Shown: positions 9,601 through 17,094 of the stretch, piece by piece
Layout of the letters: every line of letters starts with the position of its first letter
Position numbering within the stretch: the first letter of the stretch is position 1
Source of the DNA: an uncultured Lachnospiraceae bacterium
Lineage (GTDB): Bacteria > Bacillota > Clostridia > Lachnospirales > Lachnospiraceae
NCBI GenBank assembly: GCA_948675525.1
Contig: CAPOUS010000038.1
Span: forward strand, 1 to 21,699
Reading direction: 5' to 3'
DNA: 21,699 nt
The notes under the pieces: generated by a model
Database searches by the model: none
What the model was told of the DNA's origin: nothing
The model's input: only the letters and a program-made list of their open reading frames with translations
Made by a program: the position numbers and the translations under genes

Positions 9601-10111
9601 CTTCCAAAAAATCCAAAAATCCCTGATACATAATCTGCACATCATGCAGTTTATGCGAAAAACTGCCATCTAAAATATTCTCCGATGCATCCAATAACTG
9701 GGACGGCGCAACATTATACTGTGACAATTCCGAAATCAGGGATTTTAATTCTTCAATATACCCCATTTTCGTGATATTCTTTTTTAAAACAGTCAGTTCG
9801 TCCGCTTTTTCCTCCGCCACCCGCCTTAAAACCAGATTTTTCCCCGTCTCCTCTAAGACCTGCCCGCGGAAACTGCCAAGCTCGTCAAAAATACGGTACG
9901 CCAGACGGTTAAAACTTAACACGTCAATATTTAAAATACTGTGATTTTTATGTACCGCCGCCAATTCCCTCTGCGTCTGCAATGTAAACTGTTCCGGCAC
10001 TAGAAACAAAAAATTTTTCTTTGGCGAATCTGCCGCCAATTCAACTACTTTATGAGATATAAAATGCGTTTTGCCGCTGCCGGAATTGCCAAAAATAAAT
10101 TGTAATGCCAT
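6674..10111 (-). CDS. addB: ATP-dependent helicase/nuclease subunit B (AddB) with C-terminal Fe-S nuclease domain
   Basis: Walker A GNSGSGKTHF at the N-terminus. C-terminal cysteine cluster (GCDYCEFKSVCQFD) typical of the AddB iron-sulfur nuclease domain. The ORF track starts at 10168. I place the start at ATG 10109-10111 (MALQFIFG...), preceded by the purine-rich AAGGATAAGGGA. The upstream 19 codons are probably untranslated. Confidence 0.9.
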   Translation of the reverse strand: MALQFIFGNSGSGKTHFISHKVVELAADSPKKNFLFLVPEQFTLQTQRELAAVHKNHSILNIDVLSFNRLAYRIFDELGSFRGQVLEETGKNLVLRRVAEEKADELTVLKKNITKMGYIEELKSLISELSQYNVAPSQLLDASENILDGSFSHKLHDVQIMYQGFLDFLEGRFVTAEEILELLTDVAGQSEILKGSVIFFDGFTGFTPIQNLLLNRLFAIAEEVYVTVTIDVRESFYQCAGSHELFAMSKKMIKSLREMADRIHIPVREPIVLPHSKESRFGHSKELLFLEQNLFRQKGTRFTLSDEPDLKLYSFKNPRAELHFVAREINRLTQEGFHYREIAVVCGDLAGYANYAKEVFAKYRIPLFLDQKSTALFHPFVEFLRAALETVLYDFSMESIFRYLRSGLSQIPDKEVDILENYCLAAGIRGYRKWKEAFCYLPKGYDEESLMAVNEIREKAAGQFADFYDIMKEKNLTVEQRTKAFYRFICDRDAERQLKQRELAYEQAGDLKNAKEYAQIYQIIMDLFDKMAELLGGETIPLEEYARILDSGYEAAKVGIIPPGYDRLVFGDIERTRLEHIKALFFVGVNDGIIPKAQGADGILSAAEREQLAGFNLELAPTVREQTFIQKFYLYLTLTKPSEKLYLSYARVSGDGSAMRSSYLIHTILKLYENLSICEVEDEPFLERIATPESSRGLLVEGLQSAAEWKRKKREDEIRCWSALCRWYLSKEEWRQEAKRLFEAAKYVYADMPISASVTKALYGVELENSVTRLENFASCAFAHFLTYGLNLKERIESGFYAVDYGNIFHDALQLFAEGIRQNNYSWHTITKEESESLLEESMALALEKNHNLALYENARSNYAKERMRRILKRTVHALLYQVRQGRFTPDEFEVSFSYTEDLNAVNFRLSEEERMRLRGRIDRIDTLKENEKLYVKIIDYKSGNTSFQFLNVYHGLQLQLVVYMNAALELMEKRYPEITAVPAGIFYYHVNDPMVEADETLVEEELNEKIFRELKLNGVVNADRDVIESLDVSLREGEGKNSSVIPVGINKDGSLKKTSKTLTAEDFGALSSYVNETILHLGQRIIQGDIGSNPYSLDGKTGCDYCEFKSVCQFDVRAPGYAYRKLEELSEEELLFRIREKKEK

Positions 10112-10159
10112 AATCGATCCCTTATCCTTTTCTGCCAGAACTGCTTGTATCCTACAATA

Positions 10160-10188
10160 ATTATACAAAAAAGTATCTTACATTACAA
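10160..10188 (-). promoter_or_regulatory. Sigma-70-type promoter for addBA: -35 TTGTAA, 17-nt spacer, -10 TATAAT
   Basis: The minus-strand reading is TTGTAA-tgtaagatacttttttg-TATAAT. It lies 48 nt upstream of the addB ATG, in the 88-bp gap after the upstream gene's stop. Confidence 0.5.
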
Positions 10189-10199
10189 TAATTTCTCAT

Positions 10200-10481
10200 T
10201 TATTCAAAGCCAATCACATAACCCGCTTCATTTTCAAACAATACCGGATACTCCTCTAATGCTTCTTTATGCTTTTTTATAAAATCACTCTTTTTTAAAA
10301 TAACCGCGTACAAAATCCCTTTTTCTTTTATCCGCTTAAAGATCTCCTCTTTCGGATACCGCCACCCGTAAAACTCTCCCAAATCATAGCCGGCCACGCC
10401 TTCATAAAAACAACAGTCCGCATAATCTTCTTTTTCCGTCAAAAGCGGCGTTTCCAGTCCGTCTGTCCGGCAATTTGCCAT
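10200..10481 (-). CDS. Small soluble hypothetical protein (about 93 aa from ATG 10481). It could instead be a frame-shifted C-terminal domain of the upstream GT-C protein
   Basis: The ORF is open from 10577, but its first 32 codons overlap the 3' end of the upstream membrane ORF. ATG at 10479-10481 (MANCRTDGLE...) starts right after that ORF's TGA (10489-10491). Protein-like composition with no TM segment, and I recognise no family. The two frames cross a G6 run at 10527-10532. Confidence 0.35.
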   Translation of the reverse strand: MANCRTDGLETPLLTEKEDYADCCFYEGVAGYDLGEFYGWRYPKEEIFKRIKEKGILYAVILKKSDFIKKHKEALEEYPVLFENEAGYVIGFE

Positions 10482-10488
10482 CACCCAT

Positions 10489-12030
10489 TCATACAACGCA
10501 AGCTGCCCTTTTGACGGATCTGACCGCCCCCCAAGATCGGTAAATCCGGTTCCACGCATAAAGCTCAAACGCCTCACTGTAATGCCTGTCTACGCCGTTC
10601 CTTTCGTCCATGGAAGAAACAAACCTCCCATCAATGCCGCTAAAAACCAAAATGCCGCAGAGCAAACAGCATCCTAAATTTGCCGCCGCTAATTCCCTGT
10701 TCTTTTTATATAAAATAGAAATCCCGCAAAAGAAAAAATACCAGCTAAATGCCCAAAGAGGATAATAATTCTTATAAAAATAATATTCTGAAATCCTGCC
10801 ATACAGCGCGCCAAGCAGCATACACGCCGCAAAAACCAAAAATCCGGTAAAACACACTGCCTGAGGCTGTTTTTTCCTGATCCCCCGTATCCACCCATAC
10901 CCCGCCATTGGCATTAAAAGAATAAAATTTCCAAATAAATTTGAATAAATCCCGCCTTCATTTTGAATGCTTCCTAAAATACTTGTTCCCTGACCGAAGA
11001 AAAAATCAAAATAGCAGAAATAAATCCCCAATGCGCACGGCAGTAAAAACACAAAATGCGTCTCTTTACATTTGGCAGAGAAACGCCTTTTTTTCTCCCC
11101 GCCCCACATCAATTCCAGCCAGACGCAGACAAACGCCACAGGCGCAAACAACATATAGCAGACGCAAAGGGAAAAGCAGGCAAGCATAAGCTGGGCTAAA
11201 ACAATTGAACGGCGCTCCATACGCTCCCTCTCCCTTTGCAGAAGTAGCAAAATATATATTAATAACAATACGCCCAATCCCCAGTAAGTGAATGAAAAAT
11301 AAAAACTATGGATCGGATACGCCAGATAATAGAAAGGCACAGTAAGACAAACAAGCGCCGTCAAAAATTTACCTGCCGCAAGCTTCTTTATCCAAACAAA
11401 AAAAATCAAAATCTCCAGCCATTGAAACGCAATATCTGCGGCAATATATCCTTTGTACCATGTTACTTCACGCAAAAAGGCTGTAAAATTTCAAACACCA
11501 TTGCAAACTGAAAATGCGAAAAAAACATTCCTTCCACCTGATTTGTCCGCAAGACCATAGTCGCTTCCCGCAAATGAAGCCCCGCATCAGAATTGGTATA
11601 GCGGTATTCTGTAAGAAACAGCCCCTGACAGCGCAACAAACAGCAAACTGAATATTCTGGCTGAATATGCAGTCCATACGCCATTCCAATGCAAAAGCCT
11701 TGCAATAGTAATCCCACACGCAGGCGCCAAATAAACGGGAAAAGGAACTGTTTGCTCTGCTTTTTTCCTTGTATACGAAACTGTCTGGGAATCCACTTTT
11801 TCAGTTGAAAACATTTTTCGGTAATAACCCGCAAATTCTTTTTCTCCATAAGTGTATGTCTGACCCTTCCTGTCCTCCTCCCGCATGACAGTGTATCCCT
11901 TGGCATCCGTCTCTTGCTTTTTCATCATTCGATTCGACAAACGGTATGCGCTTGCAAAATGCGTATCTTCATCTGGAGCGGAAAAGGCAGGCAATACTAA
12001 TTGGTACATTATGCCAATGATCAGCAGCAT
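10489..12030 (-). pseudogene. GT-C superfamily (PMT/ArnT-like, GT39-type) polytopic membrane glycosyltransferase, about 514 codons, with a disrupted reading frame
   Basis: N-terminal piece 11587-12030: TM1, then a loop with APDEDTHFASAYRL that matches the DE-x-HF first-loop catalytic motif of PMT/ArnT-type GT-C enzymes, then two more TM segments. C-terminal piece 10489-11475 is multi-TM and in the same frame as the N-terminal piece. That frame has TGA stops at 11587-11589 and 11491-11493. A second frame (ORF 11463-11906) is open across both stops. I read this as compensating frameshifts or genuine decay. ATG 12030 overlaps the upstream small gene's stop (ATGCTGCTGA). Confidence 0.45.
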
Positions 12031-12257
12031 CCAAAAAAGCGGACTTCCATCTTACTTTTTTTCTTTTTATCTCTATACAGTTCTACGAAACCCAAAAGAG
12101 TCATGGACAAAAACGCCAATGCCAAATAGACATTTTTTATAAGAAAGAAGTCTTGTTCTGGAATAAATTGCTTTATGCCAATATTCCAGAAAAACAGATA
12201 GAGCAATGCCAGACCCGCTTCAAAACCCAAACATGCGAAAACTTTTTTCTTCTCCAT
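12021..12257 (-). CDS. Small 2-TM membrane protein (about 78 aa), first gene of the GT-C operon
   Basis: Start chosen at ATG 12255-12257 (MEKKKVFACLGFEAGLALLYLFFW...), preceded by the strong RBS AAAGAGGTGGGA. The ORF track's longer version (12359) would add a further hydrophobic segment but has a poor RBS. The stop overlaps the GT-C start, which suggests translational coupling. Confidence 0.5.
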   Translation of the reverse strand: MEKKKVFACLGFEAGLALLYLFFWNIGIKQFIPEQDFFLIKNVYLALAFLSMTLLGFVELYRDKKKKSKMEVRFFGCC

Positions 12258-12464
12258 TCCCACCTCTTTGCAGTTATTTTTCAATCCATATCCCCCAAAA
12301 TTAAACACAAAAATAGAATACCCCCACGCTATCTGAGCAAGCATTCTATCTCTCAACAAAATCTACATACTTTTATATAAATTTACTCTTTCCTAACTGC
12401 CAAAAACCTTTCCTAATCTTTACAGATAAGTCCTTTGCAAAATTTATACTATAGAATATACATA

Positions 12465-12493
12465 ATAATACCACAGAATATTATTTCTGTCAA
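12465..12493 (-). promoter_or_regulatory. Near-consensus sigma-70 promoter for the small-TM / GT-C operon: -35 TTGACA, 17 nt, -10 TATTAT
   Basis: The minus-strand reading is TTGACA-gaaataatattctgtgg-TATTAT. It begins 9 nt after the U7 tract of the upstream terminator. The implied leader to ATG 12257 is about 200 nt. Confidence 0.55.
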
Positions 12494-12501
12494 TTAGGCA
12501 T

Positions 12502-12566
12502 AAAAAAACACGAAAATTGTGGCTTTACATCACATAAAGTCATGCAAAGCACAATTTTCGTGTATA
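12502..12566 (-). terminator. Strong rho-independent terminator for the ackA-AIM24 transcript
   Basis: Perfect 14-bp inverted repeat ACACGAAAATTGTG (12509-12522) and CACAATTTTCGTGT (12553-12566). Inner pairing can extend the stem to about 22 bp. On the minus-strand RNA it is followed immediately by U7 (A7 at 12502-12508 on plus). Confidence 0.65.
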
Positions 12567-12592
12567 TTATTAATATTACAATACTCAGATCA

Positions 12593-12622
12593 TTCCGGCA
12601 AAAACTCTCTATTTTGCCGGAA
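12593..12622 (-). other. 11-bp perfect hairpin straddling the AIM24-family stop codon (TTCCGGCAAAA / TTTTGCCGGAA)
   Basis: Arms at 12593-12603 and 12612-12622. The stop TAG (12609-12611) lies in the loop. There is no clean U-tract after it, so it may be a stability or pause element rather than a terminator. Confidence 0.4.
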
Positions 12623-13283
12623 GGTACGGAATCAGCGTTCCTGCCATCTGTCCAATCGGCATAGACTGAAGCAACACGCGTCCCGGTCCCGTCACAACTG
12701 TATTAAATACGCCTTCCCCGCCGAACAGCATATTCTTCACGCCCGGCACTTTCTGGATTTCAATAGAGCAGGTCGCATCCATTGCCGCCAAATATCCGGT
12801 GTCAATGACAATCGACTGTCCTGGAGCAAGGTTATACTCTTTGATATAACCGTCAAATTCCACAAACGCCACGCCGCTTCCCGACAGTTTCTGCATAATA
12901 AACCCTTCTCCGCCGAACAGCCCACTTCCAACTTTTTTCTGGAAATGCACAGAAAACTCCACTTTATCCGTAGAAGCCAAAAACGCTGTTTTCTGGCAGA
13001 TCATATCACGTCCCGGTGAAATGTCAAATGCGCGGATTGCGCCCGGAAAACTAGAAGCGAACGCAATCTCTCCCGGTCCTCCCATCGCGGTATAGTGGTT
13101 GACAAACATACTCTCTCCACTGAACATTCTGCCAAACATCTTGCCAACGCCGCCGCCCACAGTCTCCATTTTCATATTCGGGGACATCCATGACATTGCC
13201 CCTTTTTCCGTAATCATTTTTTCATTTTGCTCTAACTGGCAGATAACAACTGGCAGCGGTTCTCCTTCGATTGAATATTTCAT
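12609..13283 (-). CDS. AIM24 / TIGR00266 (DUF124) family protein
   Basis: 224 aa with Gly-rich beta-strand motifs typical of the family (FGGEGFIMQKLSGSGVAF, MLFGGEGVFNTVVTGPGRVLLQSMP). RBS GGAGGA is 8 nt upstream. It starts 13 bp after the ackA stop, so it is probably co-transcribed with ackA. Confidence 0.8.
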   Translation of the reverse strand: MKYSIEGEPLPVVICQLEQNEKMITEKGAMSWMSPNMKMETVGGGVGKMFGRMFSGESMFVNHYTAMGGPGEIAFASSFPGAIRAFDISPGRDMICQKTAFLASTDKVEFSVHFQKKVGSGLFGGEGFIMQKLSGSGVAFVEFDGYIKEYNLAPGQSIVIDTGYLAAMDATCSIEIQKVPGVKNMLFGGEGVFNTVVTGPGRVLLQSMPIGQMAGTLIPYLPAK

Positions 13284-13296
13284 AACTAATCCTCCT

Positions 13297-14487
13297 CTAT
13301 TTCAACAATGCAACCGTTTCCCGGCAAATTGCAAGTTCTTCATTGGTCGGCGCTAACAACACCGTCACTTTCGAATCAGGGGTCGAAAGAACAGTTTCCT
13401 CGCCGCGTTTCTTGTTCGCTTCTGAATCCAACGCAAGACCCAGATAGCCCAGATAGCTGCAAATCATTTCACGGACTTTCCCGTCATTTTCTCCGACTCC
13501 CGCCGTAAAACAAATCACGTCCACGCCATTCATCGCCGCTGCGTAAGAACCGATATATTTTGCCGCCCGGTAACAGAACATCTCCCTAGCCGTTTTCGCG
13601 CGCGCATTCCCTTCGCTTACCGCTTGATCCAAATCCCTAAAGTCGCTCGACAGTCCCGAAATGCCGTAAACTCCCGACTCTTTATTCAACACGTTTAACA
13701 TTTCTTCTAAGCTCAAGTTTTCCTTTTTCGCCAAAAATTCTATGGCGGAAGGATCAATGTCTCCGGAACGCGTCCCCATAATCAGCCCCTCTAACGGGGA
13801 AAGCCCCATGGAAGTGTCAACAGACTTGCCATTTTTCACTGCGCAGATGCTTGAGCCGTTTCCCAGATGGCAGACAATCGTTTTTAAACTGTCATAGGGT
13901 TTTCCCAAAAACTCCGCCGCCCGTTTCGACACATAACTGTGGCTCGTGCCGTGAAAGCCGTATTTCCGCGCCTTATATTTTTCATAATATTCATATGGAA
14001 TGCCATACAGATACGCTTCTTTCGGCATTGTCTGATGAAATGCCGTGTCAAACACGCCCGCCATCGGCACATCTTTCAATACCTCCTGACAGGCTCTCAC
14101 GCCGATTAAATTCGCCGGATTATGCAAAGGCGCTAAATCCGAACATTCTTCCACTGCTGTAATGACTTCCTCATTAATTAAAACAGAAGCCGCAAACTTT
14201 TCACCGCCATGCACAAGACGATGCCCTACAGCTTCAATTTCATCTAAACTCTGAAAAATTCCTGTGTCCGGATTCACTAAGGCATCCAAAACCATACGGA
14301 CCGCCTCCGTATGCGTCGGCATCGGCGCCTCCGTAATCTCCTTTTCGCCGTCTTTCGGCTGATAAACCAATCTGCCGTCAATCCCTATCCGCTCACAAAG
14401 CCCCTTTGCAAGAACTTCTTCACTTTCTGAATTGATCACCTGATATTTCAGCGACGAACTGCCGCAGTTAATTACTAATACGTTCAT
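13297..14487 (-). CDS. ackA: Acetate kinase
   Basis: 396 aa. The N-terminus MNVLVINCGSSSLKYQVI is the hallmark acetate/propionate-kinase motif. Full-length ASKHA fold. RBS GAAGGAGGG is 9 nt before the ATG. Confidence 0.97.
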   Translation of the reverse strand: MNVLVINCGSSSLKYQVINSESEEVLAKGLCERIGIDGRLVYQPKDGEKEITEAPMPTHTEAVRMVLDALVNPDTGIFQSLDEIEAVGHRLVHGGEKFAASVLINEEVITAVEECSDLAPLHNPANLIGVRACQEVLKDVPMAGVFDTAFHQTMPKEAYLYGIPYEYYEKYKARKYGFHGTSHSYVSKRAAEFLGKPYDSLKTIVCHLGNGSSICAVKNGKSVDTSMGLSPLEGLIMGTRSGDIDPSAIEFLAKKENLSLEEMLNVLNKESGVYGISGLSSDFRDLDQAVSEGNARAKTAREMFCYRAAKYIGSYAAAMNGVDVICFTAGVGENDGKVREMICSYLGYLGLALDSEANKKRGEETVLSTPDSKVTVLLAPTNEELAICRETVALLK

Positions 14488-14650
14488 ATTAGCGGAATCC
14501 CTCCTTCATACAATTTCTTTATAAAAAGTATAATCCTTTTTGAAATGGGAAACAATGTCAAATAACTTTTTTCATGTATTAAATTTGAAACATCTGGCAC
14601 TCCATGTTAGAGTAGAGGAAGCATGCTAGAACAAACGGGGAGGAAACCAA
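14488..14650. promoter_or_regulatory. Divergent promoter region between ackA (-) and tmcAL (+)
   Basis: Candidate tmcAL promoter: TTGAAA (14585-14590), 17 nt, TAGAGT (14608-14613), with RBS GGGGAGGAAA. Candidate ackA promoters on the minus strand: TTGACA (14556-14561), and TTTCAA, 16 nt, TATAAA (14518-14545). None is strongly resolved. Confidence 0.35.
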
Positions 14651-15901
14651 ATGAAAGCCGTCGGAATTATCGCAGAATACAATCCATTCCACAATGGACA
14701 CGCCTATCAGCTCACACAGGCAAAAAAACTGGCAAAAGCCGATTATGCCATTGTTGCTTTAAGCGGAAATTTTACGCAAAGGGGCGCGCCCGCCATTCTG
14801 GATAAATTCAGCCGGACCGCTATGGCGCTGCATAACGGCGCGGATTTCGTCTTTGAACTCCCTACGCTTTGGGCGGTTTCGTCCGCTGAATACTTTGCCG
14901 CGGCAGGCGTCACCCTTTTTCATCTGCTCGGCTGCATCGATACGCTCTGTTTCGGCTGTGAAACGCCGGATTTCCCGCTGATCGGCCTGACTGCAAGACT
15001 GCTCGCCGAAGAACCGGACGCATATCAAGATTCCGTTTCCCGCTTTTTAAAACAGGGGGTTTCCTTCCCTGCCGCAAGAGAGCAGTCCCTGCTTTCCATT
15101 CTCAAACAACAGTCCCCAAACACAAAAGAGAGCGATTTACGGGCGCTCTTACAGTCCCCAAATAATATTCTCGCCCTAGAATATCAAAAAGCCCTTATCC
15201 GGCTCCATTCCCCGATTTGCCCGCTTCCCATTTTACGGGACGGCTCCGGCTACCACGATACAAAATTAAACAAAACGCATTGTTCCGCTTCCGCCCTCCG
15301 CCGCCATCTTCTACAGCCGCGCCGCCCCCTAGCAGAAATTGCCGCCTATGCCCCGCCTGAAACAATACGCCAATTAAATGCGGCGGAAGGATATTTTTTA
15401 TCCGAACAGGATTTTTCCCAAATCCTATTTTACAAATTACTCTCAGAACGGGCGGAAGGATTTTCCGGTTATGCCGACAACTCAGAAGATCTTTCCAACA
15501 AAATTATAAAACGCATCCGCAATTTTACGGATTTTACAGCTTTTTGCAAAGAGCTCAAAAGCAAAGACGTCACCTATACGCGTATAAGCCGAGCTCTGAC
15601 GCATATCCTGTTAAACCATCGGAAAAAAGACTATGAATCCGCCAGAAACTGCGGAACCGTCCCTTATCTGCGTTTGTTAGGCTACCGGAAAGACGCCGCG
15701 GATTTTTTCCCTGAAATCAAAAAAAATGCCGCCGTCCCAATCGTTGCAAGGCCTGCAAAAGACGCCGCGGCGCTTTCAAAAGACGCCGCGGCATTGTTTC
15801 AGCATGATGTATTTGCATCTGATTTATACTATGGCGTTTTTGCCCAAAAAAGCAACACTCCGCCCAAAAATGAATTACAGCAAAAACTGCTTATCGTTTA
15901 A
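14651..15901 (+). CDS. tmcAL: tRNA(Met) cytidine acetate ligase TmcAL (YlbM/UPF0348 nucleotidyltransferase-fold protein)
   Basis: 416 aa. The N-terminus MKAVGIIAEYNPFHNGHAYQ matches the conserved start and HxGH-type motif of the B. subtilis YlbM/TmcAL family. Length is typical. The stop overlaps the convergent purH stop. Confidence 0.85.
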   Translation: MKAVGIIAEYNPFHNGHAYQLTQAKKLAKADYAIVALSGNFTQRGAPAILDKFSRTAMALHNGADFVFELPTLWAVSSAEYFAAAGVTLFHLLGCIDTLCFGCETPDFPLIGLTARLLAEEPDAYQDSVSRFLKQGVSFPAAREQSLLSILKQQSPNTKESDLRALLQSPNNILALEYQKALIRLHSPICPLPILRDGSGYHDTKLNKTHCSASALRRHLLQPRRPLAEIAAYAPPETIRQLNAAEGYFLSEQDFSQILFYKLLSERAEGFSGYADNSEDLSNKIIKRIRNFTDFTAFCKELKSKDVTYTRISRALTHILLNHRKKDYESARNCGTVPYLRLLGYRKDAADFFPEIKKNAAVPIVARPAKDAAALSKDAAALFQHDVFASDLYYGVFAQKSNTPPKNELQQKLLIV

Positions 15902-17076
15902 TGATGGAACAAACGAAGTCCGGTAAAACTCATCACCATTTTGTATTTATTGCAAGTGGCGATCACATGGTCGTCCCGTACAGAACCGCCCGGCTGCGCC
16001 ACATACTTCACGCCGCTCTTATGCGCGCGTTCAATATTGTCGCCAAACGGGAAAAACGCATCCGATCCAAGCGTGACCCCTGTCATCTGATCCAGCCATG
16101 CCCGCTTTTCCTCTTTTGTGAAAACGTCCGGCTTTACTTTAAAAATGGTTTCCCAAACGCCGTCCGCTAACACATCTATGTATTCCTCCCCGATATAAAG
16201 ATCAATCGCGTTGTCCCGATCTGCGCGGCGAATCCCCTCTACAAACTGTAGGTTCAACACCTTCGGCGACTGACGTAAAAACCAGTTGTCTGCTTTCTGC
16301 CCTGCCAGCCTTGTGCAATGGATACGGCTCTGCTGGCCCGCCCCGATGCCGATTGCCTGTCCGTCTTTGACGTAGCAGACGGAATTAGACTGTGTATATT
16401 TTAGCGTAATCATGGAAATTGCCAAATCAATTTTTGCCTGCTCTGTCAGTTCTTTTTCTTCCGTCACAATATTTTGGAAAAATGCATCATCGATCTTTAG
16501 TTCATTTCTTCCCTGTTCAAACGTAACGCCAAATACCTGTTTCTTCTCAATCGGATCAGGTTGATAAGAAGGATCTGCTTCAATGACATTGTAAGCGCCA
16601 CTTTTCTTCGCTTTTAAAATTTCAAGCGCTTCCGGATCATACCCCGGCGCAATTACGCCGTCTGAAACTTCCCGCTTTATAATGAGCGCCGTCTCCTTGT
16701 CACAAGTATCCGAAAGCGAAATAAAATCACCAAAAGAGGACATGCGGTCCGCCCCTCTCGCCCTTGCATAAGCGTTGGCAAGCGGCGTAAATTCCATATC
16801 CATGTCTTCCACCCAGTAAATCTTTTTCTCTACTTCCGATAATGGAAGCCCGACAGCCGCGCCGGCCGGAGAAACATGCTTAAACGAAGCCGCCGCCGCA
16901 AGTCCCGTGGCCTCTTTTAATTCTTTCACCAACTGCCAGCCGTTTAATGCATCCAAAAAATTAATATATCCCGGCTTGCCGCTCAATACCTTAATTGGCA
17001 ATTCCCCATTTTCCACATAAATCCGCGATGGTTTCTGATTCGGATTGCATCCATATTTTAACTCTAATTCCTTCAT
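15898..17076 (-). CDS. purH: AICAR formyltransferase (PurH AICARFT domain only; no MGS-like IMP cyclohydrolase domain)
   Basis: 392 aa with the AICARFT signature SFKHVSPAGAAVG (compare the KH-x-P-x-G motif of PurH). The N-terminus starts directly in the formyltransferase domain. It is paired with a PurO-type cyclohydrolase immediately upstream. Confidence 0.8.
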   Translation of the reverse strand: MKELELKYGCNPNQKPSRIYVENGELPIKVLSGKPGYINFLDALNGWQLVKELKEATGLAAAASFKHVSPAGAAVGLPLSEVEKKIYWVEDMDMEFTPLANAYARARGADRMSSFGDFISLSDTCDKETALIIKREVSDGVIAPGYDPEALEILKAKKSGAYNVIEADPSYQPDPIEKKQVFGVTFEQGRNELKIDDAFFQNIVTEEKELTEQAKIDLAISMITLKYTQSNSVCYVKDGQAIGIGAGQQSRIHCTRLAGQKADNWFLRQSPKVLNLQFVEGIRRADRDNAIDLYIGEEYIDVLADGVWETIFKVKPDVFTKEEKRAWLDQMTGVTLGSDAFFPFGDNIERAHKSGVKYVAQPGGSVRDDHVIATCNKYKMVMSFTGLRLFHH

Positions 17077-17094
17077 CGTTTTACACTCTCCTGC

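Noticed and set aside
10112-10168. 19-codon N-terminal extension of addB (MYNYCRIQAVLAEKDKGSI) from the ORF track
   Set aside because: The Walker A region begins immediately after the internal ATG at 10111, which has a purine-rich RBS. The extension would also run through the predicted -10 element and transcription start.
11491-11589. Two in-frame TGA codons as selenocysteine, or as reassigned TGA (genetic code 4 or 25)
   Set aside because: Other genes in the window terminate at TGA, for example htrA, addB and the small 2-TM gene. TGA is therefore a stop codon here. Two selenocysteines in a membrane-protein loop is implausible.
11463-11906. ORF (147 aa, third frame) overlapping the GT-C gene, considered as an independent gene
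   Set aside because: Its composition is Arg/Cys/Trp-rich and not protein-like over most of its length. Its value is that it stays open across the two TGA codons of the GT-C frame, so I treat it as frameshift evidence and not as a gene.
12519-13019. 166-aa ORF on the plus strand antisense to the AIM24-family gene
   Set aside because: It is His/Arg/Cys-rich low-complexity translation lying entirely inside a well-supported gene on the opposite strand, with no RBS.
14623-14805. 60-aa ORF beginning upstream of tmcAL
   Set aside because: It lies out of frame over the well-conserved tmcAL N-terminus (HNGH motif region) and is Arg/Lys-rich, so it is an artefact of the alternative frame.
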